Positions 28,500 to 37,285 of a stretch of 56,680 bases of DNA are shown here, in pieces; positions within the stretch are counted from its first letter, which is position 1, and each line of letters starts with the position of its first letter. The translations under genes and the position numbers were made by a program. Origin of the DNA: a virus (lineage: Duplodnaviria; Caudoviricetes); the IMG/VR virus record IMGVR_UViG_3300032893_000055, positions 1 through 56,680 of that record, one strand, 5' to 3'. The notes beneath the pieces were generated by a model, which saw only the letters and a program-made list of their open reading frames with translations, was not told the DNA's origin and did not search any database.

Positions 28500-28676
28500 C
28501 TACTTTTTAGGATCGATTCTGCGTAAACATTCGCATCGGACTGTAGACGCTTCACTAGCATGTTCGCTAGATAACGTTTCTACACCACGGATACCGCACA
28601 TTTTAGCGCAAGATGACATGTTAAATTCAGCCGTTGTACAGCTTGCTAAACTTAGGATTATTAATAAATATCTCAT
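28500..28676 (-). CDS. Small Cys-rich lipoprotein (58 aa, not in ORF track)
   Basis: AAGGAG RBS; MRYLLIILSLASC lipobox; CAKMC and CEC. Confidence 0.65.
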   Translation of the reverse strand: MRYLLIILSLASCTTAEFNMSSCAKMCGIRGVETLSSEHASEASTVRCECLRRIDPKK

Positions 28677-28704
28677 TCGGACTCCTTAATGGTTGAATCA
28701 CCAT

Positions 28705-28757
28705 AATGGAAAATATAATTTACATTATCTGTCTTATTGGATATTATATTTTCCATT
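28705..28757. repeat. Perfect 15-bp inverted repeat with 23-nt loop
   Basis: AATGGAAAATATAAT (28705-28719) / ATTATATTTTCCATT (28743-28757). Confidence 0.85.
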
Positions 28758-28770
28758 TTTAAAACAAAGT

Positions 28771-30003
28771 TCATTCATTTTCCTCGTTGTTAGGTTGTTT
28801 TAACAATATTTTAGTTTTTTTAAGTTCTAAATATTTGTCATAAGCGGCAGATTTAGGTTGAGTAAACGCTAATCCTTTACACCAGTAGTCGTTTCGCAAT
28901 AATACTTTACATAAACGACGCCAACTAGGTGCAATACGCTTATTTTCCAATACTAGGGGGGCTTCGTCTGGAAGCCCGTCTGGATATCCTCTCAACTTCC
29001 ACCACTTTATAAACACTTTGAATTTAGTAATGTAATGTTCTTGTGTCTTTTTAGGTAAACTGCTTAATAGTAAATTACAAAAAGATTTCCATGTATGGTT
29101 ATTTGGTTTTGATATTTTTGTATAGCCTGTCATATTGCCAGATTCTTGTACATATAAAGCGCCTGAGTTAGCACCGTTAACTCTCGATACAACTTTGTAC
29201 CATGTTTGGGGCTCAAGAACGTGATAAAGCCACAATCCTCTGCGTTGATCATCCCCGTAAGGCTGACAAATACGCATTTGTGTAGGTGAAAGACCTGCTT
29301 TATGCATTTGATCATAAATTTTATTAAATGGAAGTCCTGGATTCAAATAATGATAATGCCATAAATCTGACACAGACCAATCGTAAATCGGATATATATT
29401 AAATACATTATCGGTAACTTTAGTTGTATAGTTTTTATTTTTATACTTACTTTTAGATTTTAATGCAATAGTTCTAAATCGGTTAAGACTTTCATCCGTT
29501 CTAATACCAACGAGACAGGCGCACATTTTTTCTTGGGCGTACCACTCTCCGAATAGCGGCACAAATTCTTCAAACTCCATTCCTCGTTGAAAGAATGAAA
29601 ACGCGGTTTCATCAGTTATAGCACATTTAGGAGGTTGTCTAACCCACATATCCTTGTTATTAGGGTCCCAAGCAAGCCATTGAGGTTGATAATTAGATAC
29701 AGCATTTCTAAGATTTAGAGGCAAAGCACACCAATACAGCTCTATGTTGTCCTTATATAAATCGACGCATTTTTCTGCATGTTCTATAGTTAATTTATAT
29801 TGTGCCTCTAGATCAATTAACAATATTCCAATCTTGCGGTTTCTTTTAATTGCTTCGGCCATTACTAAATGTAGCATTACAGTGCTGTCTTTTCCAGCAC
29901 TAAAACTTAAATATATACGTTCGAAATTATCAAATATAAACGATATACGTTCTATTGCAGCTTCTAAAACATTAATATTATTATATTTTTTTAATATACT
30001 CAT
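28771..30003 (-). CDS. PAPS-reductase-family PP-loop protein with DUF3440 (IbrA/YbdN-like)
   Basis: SFSAGKDS PP-loop, VGIRTDESLNR, YPIYDW, MRICQPYGD, RVNGAN, PSWRR..LRNDYWCKGL. Confidence 0.9.
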   Translation of the reverse strand: MSILKKYNNINVLEAAIERISFIFDNFERIYLSFSAGKDSTVMLHLVMAEAIKRNRKIGILLIDLEAQYKLTIEHAEKCVDLYKDNIELYWCALPLNLRNAVSNYQPQWLAWDPNNKDMWVRQPPKCAITDETAFSFFQRGMEFEEFVPLFGEWYAQEKMCACLVGIRTDESLNRFRTIALKSKSKYKNKNYTTKVTDNVFNIYPIYDWSVSDLWHYHYLNPGLPFNKIYDQMHKAGLSPTQMRICQPYGDDQRRGLWLYHVLEPQTWYKVVSRVNGANSGALYVQESGNMTGYTKISKPNNHTWKSFCNLLLSSLPKKTQEHYITKFKVFIKWWKLRGYPDGLPDEAPLVLENKRIAPSWRRLCKVLLRNDYWCKGLAFTQPKSAAYDKYLELKKTKILLKQPNNEENE

Positions 30004-30364
30004 TGTGTCTTTCCAACCATAAATTTAAATACTTTTTAGCTAACGAATCTGCTGCTTGTTGCTCTTTTAATGATAACAAATTATAGCTGCCCATGCTAAT
30101 ATTATATGGGACTTTATTTATTAAAGCATTCGCAGCCTGACCTAAATAAGCGATTCTATTCATATTTTCATTAGTAAGATTGTGTTCACAACTATATTGC
30201 CATTCATTAATTATAATTTTTAATGCTGTTTCAAATTTAGATAAATCTTTTAATAACAATGCGCAAGTTTCAAGCGTCCTATCATGCCCATATTCACATA
30301 TTCCGCCATAAAAATTATGTTTATAGTCTTCCCATTTATCCCATGGATGAAATATTCTAATCAT
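29981..30364 (-). CDS. Uncharacterised protein between the ParB-like and PAPS-reductase genes
   Basis: RIFHPWDKWED..WQYSCEHNLTN..NRIAYLGQAA; overlaps both neighbours. Confidence 0.75.
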   Translation of the reverse strand: MIRIFHPWDKWEDYKHNFYGGICEYGHDRTLETCALLLKDLSKFETALKIIINEWQYSCEHNLTNENMNRIAYLGQAANALINKVPYNISMGSYNLLSLKEQQAADSLAKKYLNLWLERHNEYIKKI

Positions 30365-31028
30365 CTAATAATTCCCCGTCAATATTATCATCAACTATTT
30401 CTATATCCCAAGATTTATTGAATTCAGTATCGCTAAATATTTCTATGAGACCAGAAACTTGGCATAGTCTCAATACTTCATCAGCATCCATTCCTAAATG
30501 CTTGGCTATCCATTCATCAGAACGATTTCGTTTTTTAAGCTCTACAACTATATCACTCATACTTTCTACACCATGTTTTCCTCGCGCTCTATTATGACGT
30601 ATGGTACTGGCCATGCGGTCTCCTTTGTCAGTTCGGTCATTGTTAATGATCACTACTGGTAGGTAAGAGTGTATCCGTTTTTGAATAATTTTAGATTCTT
30701 TGCCTACTCGATGTCTATGAAACCCATCTATAACTTCATACATATTATCACGAGCCCAAGAAACAATAGGTTGCGTATACCCGTCTTCTTGAATAGATAA
30801 TTCAAGAAGTCTCATTTCAGGTGGAGCAACTGTATTTGGATTATAATCATTAGCTTGAACTAGTTCATTAGGAATCCATTGGACACAATCCACAGGCTCA
30901 GTATTAAAAGGACTATATTTTGCTAATTCAAGACGAATTTTATTAATAATTTCAACTTTTTGAGCAAATGGCATGTATTTTAAATTTTTAAATATTTCTG
31001 CACATGCTTCTATGATAGATATATTCAT
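30357..31028 (-). CDS. ParB/Srx-domain protein (IbrB/YbdM-like)
   Basis: ANDYNPN.VAPPE..LL..SI..DGYTQPIV..IDGFHR..STIRHNRARGKH, C-terminal HTH. Confidence 0.9.
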   Translation of the reverse strand: MNISIIEACAEIFKNLKYMPFAQKVEIINKIRLELAKYSPFNTEPVDCVQWIPNELVQANDYNPNTVAPPEMRLLELSIQEDGYTQPIVSWARDNMYEVIDGFHRHRVGKESKIIQKRIHSYLPVVIINNDRTDKGDRMASTIRHNRARGKHGVESMSDIVVELKKRNRSDEWIAKHLGMDADEVLRLCQVSGLIEIFSDTEFNKSWDIEIVDDNIDGELLDD

Positions 31029-31044
31029 ATTTCCTCCGTTGTTT

Positions 31045-31072
31045 ATTCTACATCTATTTTAACAAAAAGCAA
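31045..31072 (-). promoter_or_regulatory. Candidate sigma70-type promoter for the ParB-like cassette
   Basis: TTGCTT-16 nt-TAGAAT, then GGAGG RBS. Confidence 0.45.
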
Positions 31073-31073
31073 T

Positions 31074-31103
31074 AAAAAAAGACAGAGGTTTTATCCTCTG
31101 TCT
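31074..31103 (-). terminator. Intrinsic terminator after the major capsid gene
   Basis: 9-bp stem AGACAGAGG/CCTCTGTCT, 6-nt loop, T-run on the minus strand. Confidence 0.85.
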
Positions 31104-31130
31104 CAAAAAGATATTTTTGAATTCTAACTA

Positions 31131-32429
31131 TTAAGCGCTAAGTTGAACTACGCAGTTCCAACCTGGAGCTGAACAGATCAAGTTACCGTAGTAACCGATA
31201 CGGATCTCCAAAGCGTCTGCGTTTCCTACGCGCAATCCTTCGAGGCCTTCCATCCCATATGTGAGTATGTGAGGCACTTTACCCAAACTTCTAAGCTTCC
31301 AAGTCGACATAGTCAACAAGTAAGCAGTTTGAGGAGGGCACGAACGGTCAGCCAACACAGTAACTCGGCCATAAGCAGACTGGAAAGTAATACCTTCGAA
31401 AGCTACTTCGACTTCGTCATGGTTAACTTGAACGTATTGAACTTTAGCACCTAAAGTGTTAACTAAAGCTGCATAACTAGCGAAATCCATGATACAAAGA
31501 TCAGGTTTTCCGCCTTCACGATTCAAGAATGCTAACGCGTTAGTCATACCTTCTTCGATTGTGAAGCTTTGAGCGTTATAACGTAATCCAGCTAAACGAG
31601 TAGGGTCTGCTGAACGGTTAACACCCCAGAAACTATCGTTAGATGCAGGTGTGCTTACTGGAATCCAAGCGCCCAAACCTGACAAAGCTAAATAGCTAGA
31701 AGTGCTAGAAGCTCCGCCGGCAGGAAGGTCACCGGAAATCGACAAATAAGCTGATCCTGAACCGATAGCCCAGTTACCAGACAAACTAGACGCAGATGCA
31801 GTACCATATATGATACCGTTAGCGCGGTCTACTGCTGTAATAAACACAGTGTCAGACGAAGGAGCACCTCCAGCTGAGCTAGAAGCGACTAGAAGCATTC
31901 CAACCTCGAAAGCAACGATTTGTTGAGCATTGCTTAAAGGAAGAACAGTTCCGCCTGCTACTACACCGTTTTGAGTAGAACTAGATGTAGAAATACCGCG
32001 AGTACCGGTTCCATCGCCAAACAATTCGAAAGCGATGTTATTGGTAATATTGCGGAATCCGCCATCCATTTGAAGTTTGGCAGCATCAACAAACGCACCT
32101 GCATTTGATTTCGTTTGTTCCATTAAAAGGTTTGTAATTGTGACGAGTTGGTAGTCAGAAATTACATAAACGAAAAACGAAGCCAAACTTGTAGGAGTTT
32201 GTTGATTCTGAGCGTTACTGAAACTATGTGAACGACCTTGCGGAGTTCCATATTCCAAGGGAACAGGGATATATTTACCGGCAAACCCGTCTGGTGATTC
32301 ATTTTTAGGAACCAATGCAAGGAATGGATTCTCTTTATAAACGAGATCCTTCATATATTCCTTGTCATCGGTATATAATTCTTTTAGTGCCTGTATCTGA
32401 TTGGCACTATTTGCATAAACTGCTGACAT
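31131..32429 (-). CDS. Major capsid protein
   Basis: 432 aa after portal and scaffold; ALKELY..NPFLAL..LFGDGTG; followed by a terminator. Confidence 0.8.
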   Translation of the reverse strand: MSAVYANSANQIQALKELYTDDKEYMKDLVYKENPFLALVPKNESPDGFAGKYIPVPLEYGTPQGRSHSFSNAQNQQTPTSLASFFVYVISDYQLVTITNLLMEQTKSNAGAFVDAAKLQMDGGFRNITNNIAFELFGDGTGTRGISTSSSTQNGVVAGGTVLPLSNAQQIVAFEVGMLLVASSSAGGAPSSDTVFITAVDRANGIIYGTASASSLSGNWAIGSGSAYLSISGDLPAGGASSTSSYLALSGLGAWIPVSTPASNDSFWGVNRSADPTRLAGLRYNAQSFTIEEGMTNALAFLNREGGKPDLCIMDFASYAALVNTLGAKVQYVQVNHDEVEVAFEGITFQSAYGRVTVLADRSCPPQTAYLLTMSTWKLRSLGKVPHILTYGMEGLEGLRVGNADALEIRIGYYGNLICSAPGWNCVVQLSA

Positions 32430-32557
32430 TTTAAAATCCTTTGATTTAAAATTAGTTGTTACGCTGTTTACGGAATGTAAACAAACGTTTACCTTATAAA
32501 CGCTTACAGCGCCTTACGACGACTCACTGGTTTACTTGGTGTTAAGGGCTAGTCCTA

Positions 32558-33613
32558 TTACTTAAGTTCACCTTTAAACGCTAAAATAGCTCTTTCCCGT
32601 GCTGACAACTTCCGCCCGGATGAGGCTGCATTAGTTAAAGTTTTCATAGGTTGTGGCTGCTTTGGAGGTACAGATTGTGGCTGCTTTGGAGTTACATTCG
32701 GCTGTAACTTTTTCTGTAACTTTTGGATTTTAGTAAGTTTTAAAGCTTCGTCGACCAGGTAGTTTTCTACTTCGCGGGAAGCTTCTTCAACGGTCATAAG
32801 AATACCGTCTTTTTTATAGACTTCTTCTATAAGCTGTACTACGTCGTTTATAGAGTTAGTAACTTTAATGGTCTCGAATTCTGGATCTTGAGTGACTAAG
32901 TTTTTGACATCCATACGGATTTGGTTTACGGCTGCTTTATATGATTGATCTTGTTGTTCGATTTGTAATTTGCGATACTGTTCGGCTTGATCTTTAAGTG
33001 CCTGGATTTCAGCTTTTAAACCGCTTAATTGGGCATTTAAACGAGGATCTTCGGGTTTTTGGTTAATAATCTGCTGAACTAGATCGTCATATGACACCCC
33101 GGCTTCGGCTAATACGGACATAGGATCTTGTTTAAGACGATCTTGAGGAATAAAGCCTTTTGTTTGAGGAGATTGAGATTGTTGCTGGAAAGCTTCTTCT
33201 TTAGCTTTTAACGCAATTTCACGCTCTTTAAGTTGTCTTTCACGTTGCTGAGCACGTAATCGCATTTGGCGTTCTTGACGCTTGAGGTTTTCAAATTGTT
33301 TTATTGTTTCTGGATCTACTTCAGTTTTAGGTTCTTCAGGGTTTTTAATAGCTACTGGTTGTTCGGGAGTAGATTTAGGAATAGCTTGTAATGCATCGAT
33401 ATTAGGCTCTGGAATAGTTGGTGAAATAGCAGTCATTTCTTCAGGCGATACCGACGAAGGATTAGCTACTGGGTGTTCGGCTTGTTGTGGAGCTTGGGAA
33501 GGAGCTGAAGCTTGTTGCCCCATAAAAGCGTTAATAGCTCTAGCCCGAGCGTCTGTGTTGTGAGTAGTTGTTTGCTGAATGGCTTGCGGTCCTGCTACTG
33601 GTTGGATTTTCAT
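32558..33613 (-). CDS. Capsid scaffolding protein
   Basis: Pro/Gln-rich N-terminus, coiled coil, basic C-terminal helix; between portal and capsid. Confidence 0.75.
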   Translation of the reverse strand: MKIQPVAGPQAIQQTTTHNTDARARAINAFMGQQASAPSQAPQQAEHPVANPSSVSPEEMTAISPTIPEPNIDALQAIPKSTPEQPVAIKNPEEPKTEVDPETIKQFENLKRQERQMRLRAQQRERQLKEREIALKAKEEAFQQQSQSPQTKGFIPQDRLKQDPMSVLAEAGVSYDDLVQQIINQKPEDPRLNAQLSGLKAEIQALKDQAEQYRKLQIEQQDQSYKAAVNQIRMDVKNLVTQDPEFETIKVTNSINDVVQLIEEVYKKDGILMTVEEASREVENYLVDEALKLTKIQKLQKKLQPNVTPKQPQSVPPKQPQPMKTLTNAASSGRKLSARERAILAFKGELK

Positions 33614-33625
33614 AACTTTCCTTGT

Positions 33626-35512
33626 TTATTGTCCTTGTGGGTTAGTGTTTGGTACTAATGGTGATTGTGGTAAAGGCTGCGGGTTAGCTTGTGGTGTCGG
33701 TTGCATAGGTTGTGGAGGTATCGCAGCTTGTTTTAAAGTTTGTACTTGGGCAAAAAAGTCTCGTAATAACTGGGCTTTAGATTCTTCTAGTTTAGCTTGA
33801 CTATATAAATTGATATACTGGGTCGTGAGCTGGGTAGCTAACTGGAGGTCCATAAACGGATCAGGAGGCGTGTATTTACCTTCTTCGATGATTTCGTCTA
33901 AAATTTGGAATATACGTTCTTCACCGGCATTAGCTAATTTTTCGATGGATTCGAGGTCTGGGTAGTCTAAAAGTCTACGGCCTTCCTGAAGGCTTATCAT
34001 CCCGGCCTGGACCATTTCTGTAATTTTAGCAAGTCGGCCAGCTGGGTCTTTAGGTAATGAAGACTGCGTGTAACACTGGATAACGAATTTGTCTTCGACG
34101 AGGTCGGCTGCTTTGAGATTGATTTCTTTAATCGTGTTCTTGTTTGGATATACTGTGGAGTAACGCCCGTCTCTTTCAGCGATGTCTCGTGCGAGATCAA
34201 TAATCTGATAGGCCAAATCAATAAAAAAATTATCGTACCTGCGAGATAAACTAGCAAACCTGTCTGTACTAATGTCATCGTAAGTCCTTATAGCTTCGCC
34301 TGAATTAAGTCCTGAAGGTTTTTGGCTAGAAGCTTGTAAAGCTGATACACCGCATTGCTGGTATCCGTAGGCTATTAGTTTGTCTCGTTCAGCGTATAAT
34401 TCAGCTGCGTTAGATTGAGGGGTCTCAAACATAGGCTTAATACCACGGTATTTGATGATAGATCCTATTTCGTTGTTAAAATGCGCTGAACTGACTTTAG
34501 ACCCGTCTTCTACGAATATGCGTGGTACCCCTACCAGTTTAATAGAACGGCTTATAGTGAATAATAAGCTGTTTAATTCGAGTTGTGTGCCCATTAATTG
34601 TTCAGCTAATCCTTGAGCCCAGAATCCTAACAATCTAGGTGAATAATGGAGGAATGTAAAAGGGAATCTGTCTTTTACATATGGTTCGTCTATTAAGAAG
34701 CCTGAAGAAATAGCTAACGTATGTCTACCGTCTTTAGCTAGTTTACCTGATCTTAGATGCCAGCCTTCTACGCACATTACTAAGTCTGAAACGGTTTTAG
34801 ACGTATCCGGTGAATTATCGGCATAAGCTTTAGTAGCTATTTCGATTTTATCTTTAAATTCTGGGAAGTTAGCCATTAATACTTCGCGGTCTACGAGTTT
34901 CATACGGTATATTTGTCTAGGTTCGCCGTATATCGCTTCATTAGGGTCTATAAGCAGTTCAGTTAATAGAACGCGCTCCATAGCTACCCGGCAGTCTTGG
35001 TCTTCGTATACGTGCATTATGCCGGTTCCTTGGACTAATGCATCTCGGAGGATAGTAGAAGCTTTTTCATAGGTTTTACAGCTATAAAACTCACCTTGAA
35101 CGAAATTATTAAGCTTTTTACCTAATGTACGTTGTTTATAATCCCCGCCATTAGTAAGGAACACCGGCTGGGGACGAGACTGAGTTATACGAGACACTAG
35201 CGTGTCTGTGGCTGACTGCACTAAGTTGAATGTAGGGCGTTCTTGAGGAAGTCCTGTAGTTTGATCCATTTTAGAAATGTTATTACCGGCGAAGCTGTAT
35301 AAGCTCTGGTTACCATAAAGTCTAGCAAAAATAGCTGTTTGGCGGTATCTATAAGCTTGGGTTTCTTTTAAATGGGCAGCTATAGTAAGCATTAACGCAG
35401 CGGCCTTGTTAGCATCTTTTTCTAGCCACCATTGAGCTAACGTAAGACTATCAGTTTGCTGTTTAGTCTTAAACGTTATTCTAGACTTAGGTTGTGTGGG
35501 AGTTACTTTCAC
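33626..35512 (-). CDS. Portal protein
   Basis: 628 aa; FNLVQS..L.SRI..P.P..DALVQGTG..SGEA; Q/P-rich tail; downstream of terminase. Confidence 0.8.
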   Translation of the reverse strand: MKVTPTQPKSRITFKTKQQTDSLTLAQWWLEKDANKAAALMLTIAAHLKETQAYRYRQTAIFARLYGNQSLYSFAGNNISKMDQTTGLPQERPTFNLVQSATDTLVSRITQSRPQPVFLTNGGDYKQRTLGKKLNNFVQGEFYSCKTYEKASTILRDALVQGTGIMHVYEDQDCRVAMERVLLTELLIDPNEAIYGEPRQIYRMKLVDREVLMANFPEFKDKIEIATKAYADNSPDTSKTVSDLVMCVEGWHLRSGKLAKDGRHTLAISSGFLIDEPYVKDRFPFTFLHYSPRLLGFWAQGLAEQLMGTQLELNSLLFTISRSIKLVGVPRIFVEDGSKVSSAHFNNEIGSIIKYRGIKPMFETPQSNAAELYAERDKLIAYGYQQCGVSALQASSQKPSGLNSGEAIRTYDDISTDRFASLSRRYDNFFIDLAYQIIDLARDIAERDGRYSTVYPNKNTIKEINLKAADLVEDKFVIQCYTQSSLPKDPAGRLAKITEMVQAGMISLQEGRRLLDYPDLESIEKLANAGEERIFQILDEIIEEGKYTPPDPFMDLQLATQLTTQYINLYSQAKLEESKAQLLRDFFAQVQTLKQAAIPPQPMQPTPQANPQPLPQSPLVPNTNPQGQ

Positions 35513-35524
35513 GTCAACTTCCTA

Positions 35525-35803
35525 TTAGTTTTTAGTTAAGCCTTCTTGCTCTTGAACTGACCACATCAGTAGTTGTTCTTCCGTTAACTCGTCTGGCATA
35601 GGCGGTACAGGTACTTGTGTGTCTGCTGTAATCCCGCCTGGGGCGTAAGTAGTTGATTCTTCTAATTTTAACGCTTTATTAGAATACCGCATAGGTTTAG
35701 GGCCTAGATGAAATTCTACGTTATCAATACGGATTGAATCGACTCCTGATTTTCTGCACAATTGAATTACTTTTTGTAGATCTTTGATGTTTTCTAATTT
35801 CAT
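35525..35803 (-). CDS. Hypothetical protein
   Basis: 92 aa upstream of portal. Confidence 0.6.
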   Translation of the reverse strand: MKLENIKDLQKVIQLCRKSGVDSIRIDNVEFHLGPKPMRYSNKALKLEESTTYAPGGITADTQVPVPPMPDELTEEQLLMWSVQEQEGLTKN

Positions 35804-35811
35804 TCAAACCT

Positions 35812-36954
35812 TTAAAATTGTCGGTGTTTCATTTTACGACGGATAGATTCGACCATATCATGTTTATCTGATTCGTGGTCTTCCCTAGGATCGTTATGCA
35901 TTTGTTCATCTTCAGGTCGGTCTAATTCATCTAACCCTTCAGATTCACTATAGTTTTCTTTTTTAAGAGCTTCAAAAGACAAATCATCTTCGATGTTAGG
36001 GTCTTCATCAGCGTTACGGCTAAGGTCTACTTCGCCACCTTCAGCCATTTTTACTGGGTAACCTGGATCACCTGACATGCTTTCTTGCTTACGCTTCATT
36101 CTGGCCATAACAGCCGCAGCGATTGAATTTTGGTGTTCTTCTTGTTCTTCGTCTTCAGGCTGTTCCATCATGTCGTGGTGAATATCAACTTCACCGCCTT
36201 GAGCGTAAAGTTTACGTTGATATTTGTTATGTGGGTGTTCCATGTCTGGGACTGCTGGACCTTGTCGGTTTTGACCTTCTTCGTCATGTTCTTCGGCATA
36301 CATATCGCCTTCGTCATGACTAGGTGTAAGGTCTTCGATATCATCCATGTATTTGTTTTCATGAGGATGTTCGTCTGAACTTTCAATCATACCGCCTTTA
36401 GCGTAAGGCTTTTTATGAGTACTATGTTCTGGTGCCATGTCTGGGGATTTACCCATTTTTTTGGCGTCTTCTTCTTTAGTCCAGTCTTGAGGATGAGATT
36501 CTGATTCTGGTTTAGCCATTTCTTGTAAATGACGCTCGATGTCGGCAAGTTTTGAGTTTATATGACTAGAAGGGATTTCGTCTGATTGTCCTTGGCGTTT
36601 AGCTTTGATTACTGAGGATTGTACCATTTTAGGCTGGCTAAGTGGTTGAATTTTAGGTTTTTGAGCCATTTTGTCTTCAGGAGCGTTTGTCCAATTTGTA
36701 TGCATTAATGGCTTTTTTTGTTCATTATGGTGAACTTCTTTAGAATCATGGTATGCGTCGTTTGGCATAGGACGTTTTTCATCGTGTGCGGAGATTTCAC
36801 CGCCTTCAGCCATCTTTTTTTTCTGAGCTTTACGTTTAACTGAATAAGCGATAGCTAAGTTTTGGGCTCTGTGCTCCGGTCCTGGATGAGCTTCCATTTC
36901 AGCTTTAACGTTGTGTTCAAAAGCTTTTTTAGACTTACCGTGAATTAATGGCAT
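35812..36954 (-). CDS. Acidic/His-rich disordered protein with four [MY]AxGG motifs
   Basis: Basic N-terminal MPLIHGKSKKAF..NLAIAYSVKR segment; MAEGG x2, YAKGG, YAQGG; start at 36954 behind GAGGAG. Confidence 0.7.
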   Translation of the reverse strand: MPLIHGKSKKAFEHNVKAEMEAHPGPEHRAQNLAIAYSVKRKAQKKKMAEGGEISAHDEKRPMPNDAYHDSKEVHHNEQKKPLMHTNWTNAPEDKMAQKPKIQPLSQPKMVQSSVIKAKRQGQSDEIPSSHINSKLADIERHLQEMAKPESESHPQDWTKEEDAKKMGKSPDMAPEHSTHKKPYAKGGMIESSDEHPHENKYMDDIEDLTPSHDEGDMYAEEHDEEGQNRQGPAVPDMEHPHNKYQRKLYAQGGEVDIHHDMMEQPEDEEQEEHQNSIAAAVMARMKRKQESMSGDPGYPVKMAEGGEVDLSRNADEDPNIEDDLSFEALKKENYSESEGLDELDRPEDEQMHNDPREDHESDKHDMVESIRRKMKHRQF

Positions 36955-36955
36955 G

Positions 36956-37210
36956 TTACTCCTCACCTTTTTCTATGTGTTCACCTTCGTGGTGAGGTTG
37001 TTCTTCCATTTCTTGGAATAGATCTTTTAAAGCTTGTGTAGCAGCTTTAACGTCTTTTGAATGAATTGCATGTATAAGTTCTTCGACGCATTCTTCCATG
37101 TAATTTTTAGATTCACTAGTGTTTTCACTAGGTTCTACGGTGTCAGGATTTCGGTGTTTTATGATTACAGTGGCGATTCCAGCGTCTTTCTTTTTAAGAA
37201 AAGGTAGCAT
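36956..37210 (-). CDS. Hypothetical protein
   Basis: 84 aa, AAGGAG RBS, directly after motif copy 3. Confidence 0.65.
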   Translation of the reverse strand: MLPFLKKKDAGIATVIIKHRNPDTVEPSENTSESKNYMEECVEELIHAIHSKDVKAATQALKDLFQEMEEQPHHEGEHIEKGEE

Positions 37211-37223
37211 TTAAGACTCCTTG

Positions 37224-37248
37224 GCCTCAGGTTAGTCAAAATGTCCAT
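37224..37248 (-). promoter_or_regulatory. 25-bp repeated motif, copy 3
   Basis: Plus-strand GCCTCAGGTTAGTCAAAATGTCCAT; intergenic between terminase and the head block. Confidence 0.7.
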
Positions 37249-37285
37249 TACTTGATAAAATACGTTGATTTAACGTTAAATTGCG

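Noticed and set aside
28771-31028. Complete Dnd/Ssp phosphorothioation system
   Set aside because: Only the PP-loop and ParB-like components are present; no DndA/D/E or SspB/C recognisable.
32430-32557. Capsid leader as another late-motif site or ncRNA
   Set aside because: Only a weak GACTAGCC match and a 7-bp hairpin (32465-32483); too little support.
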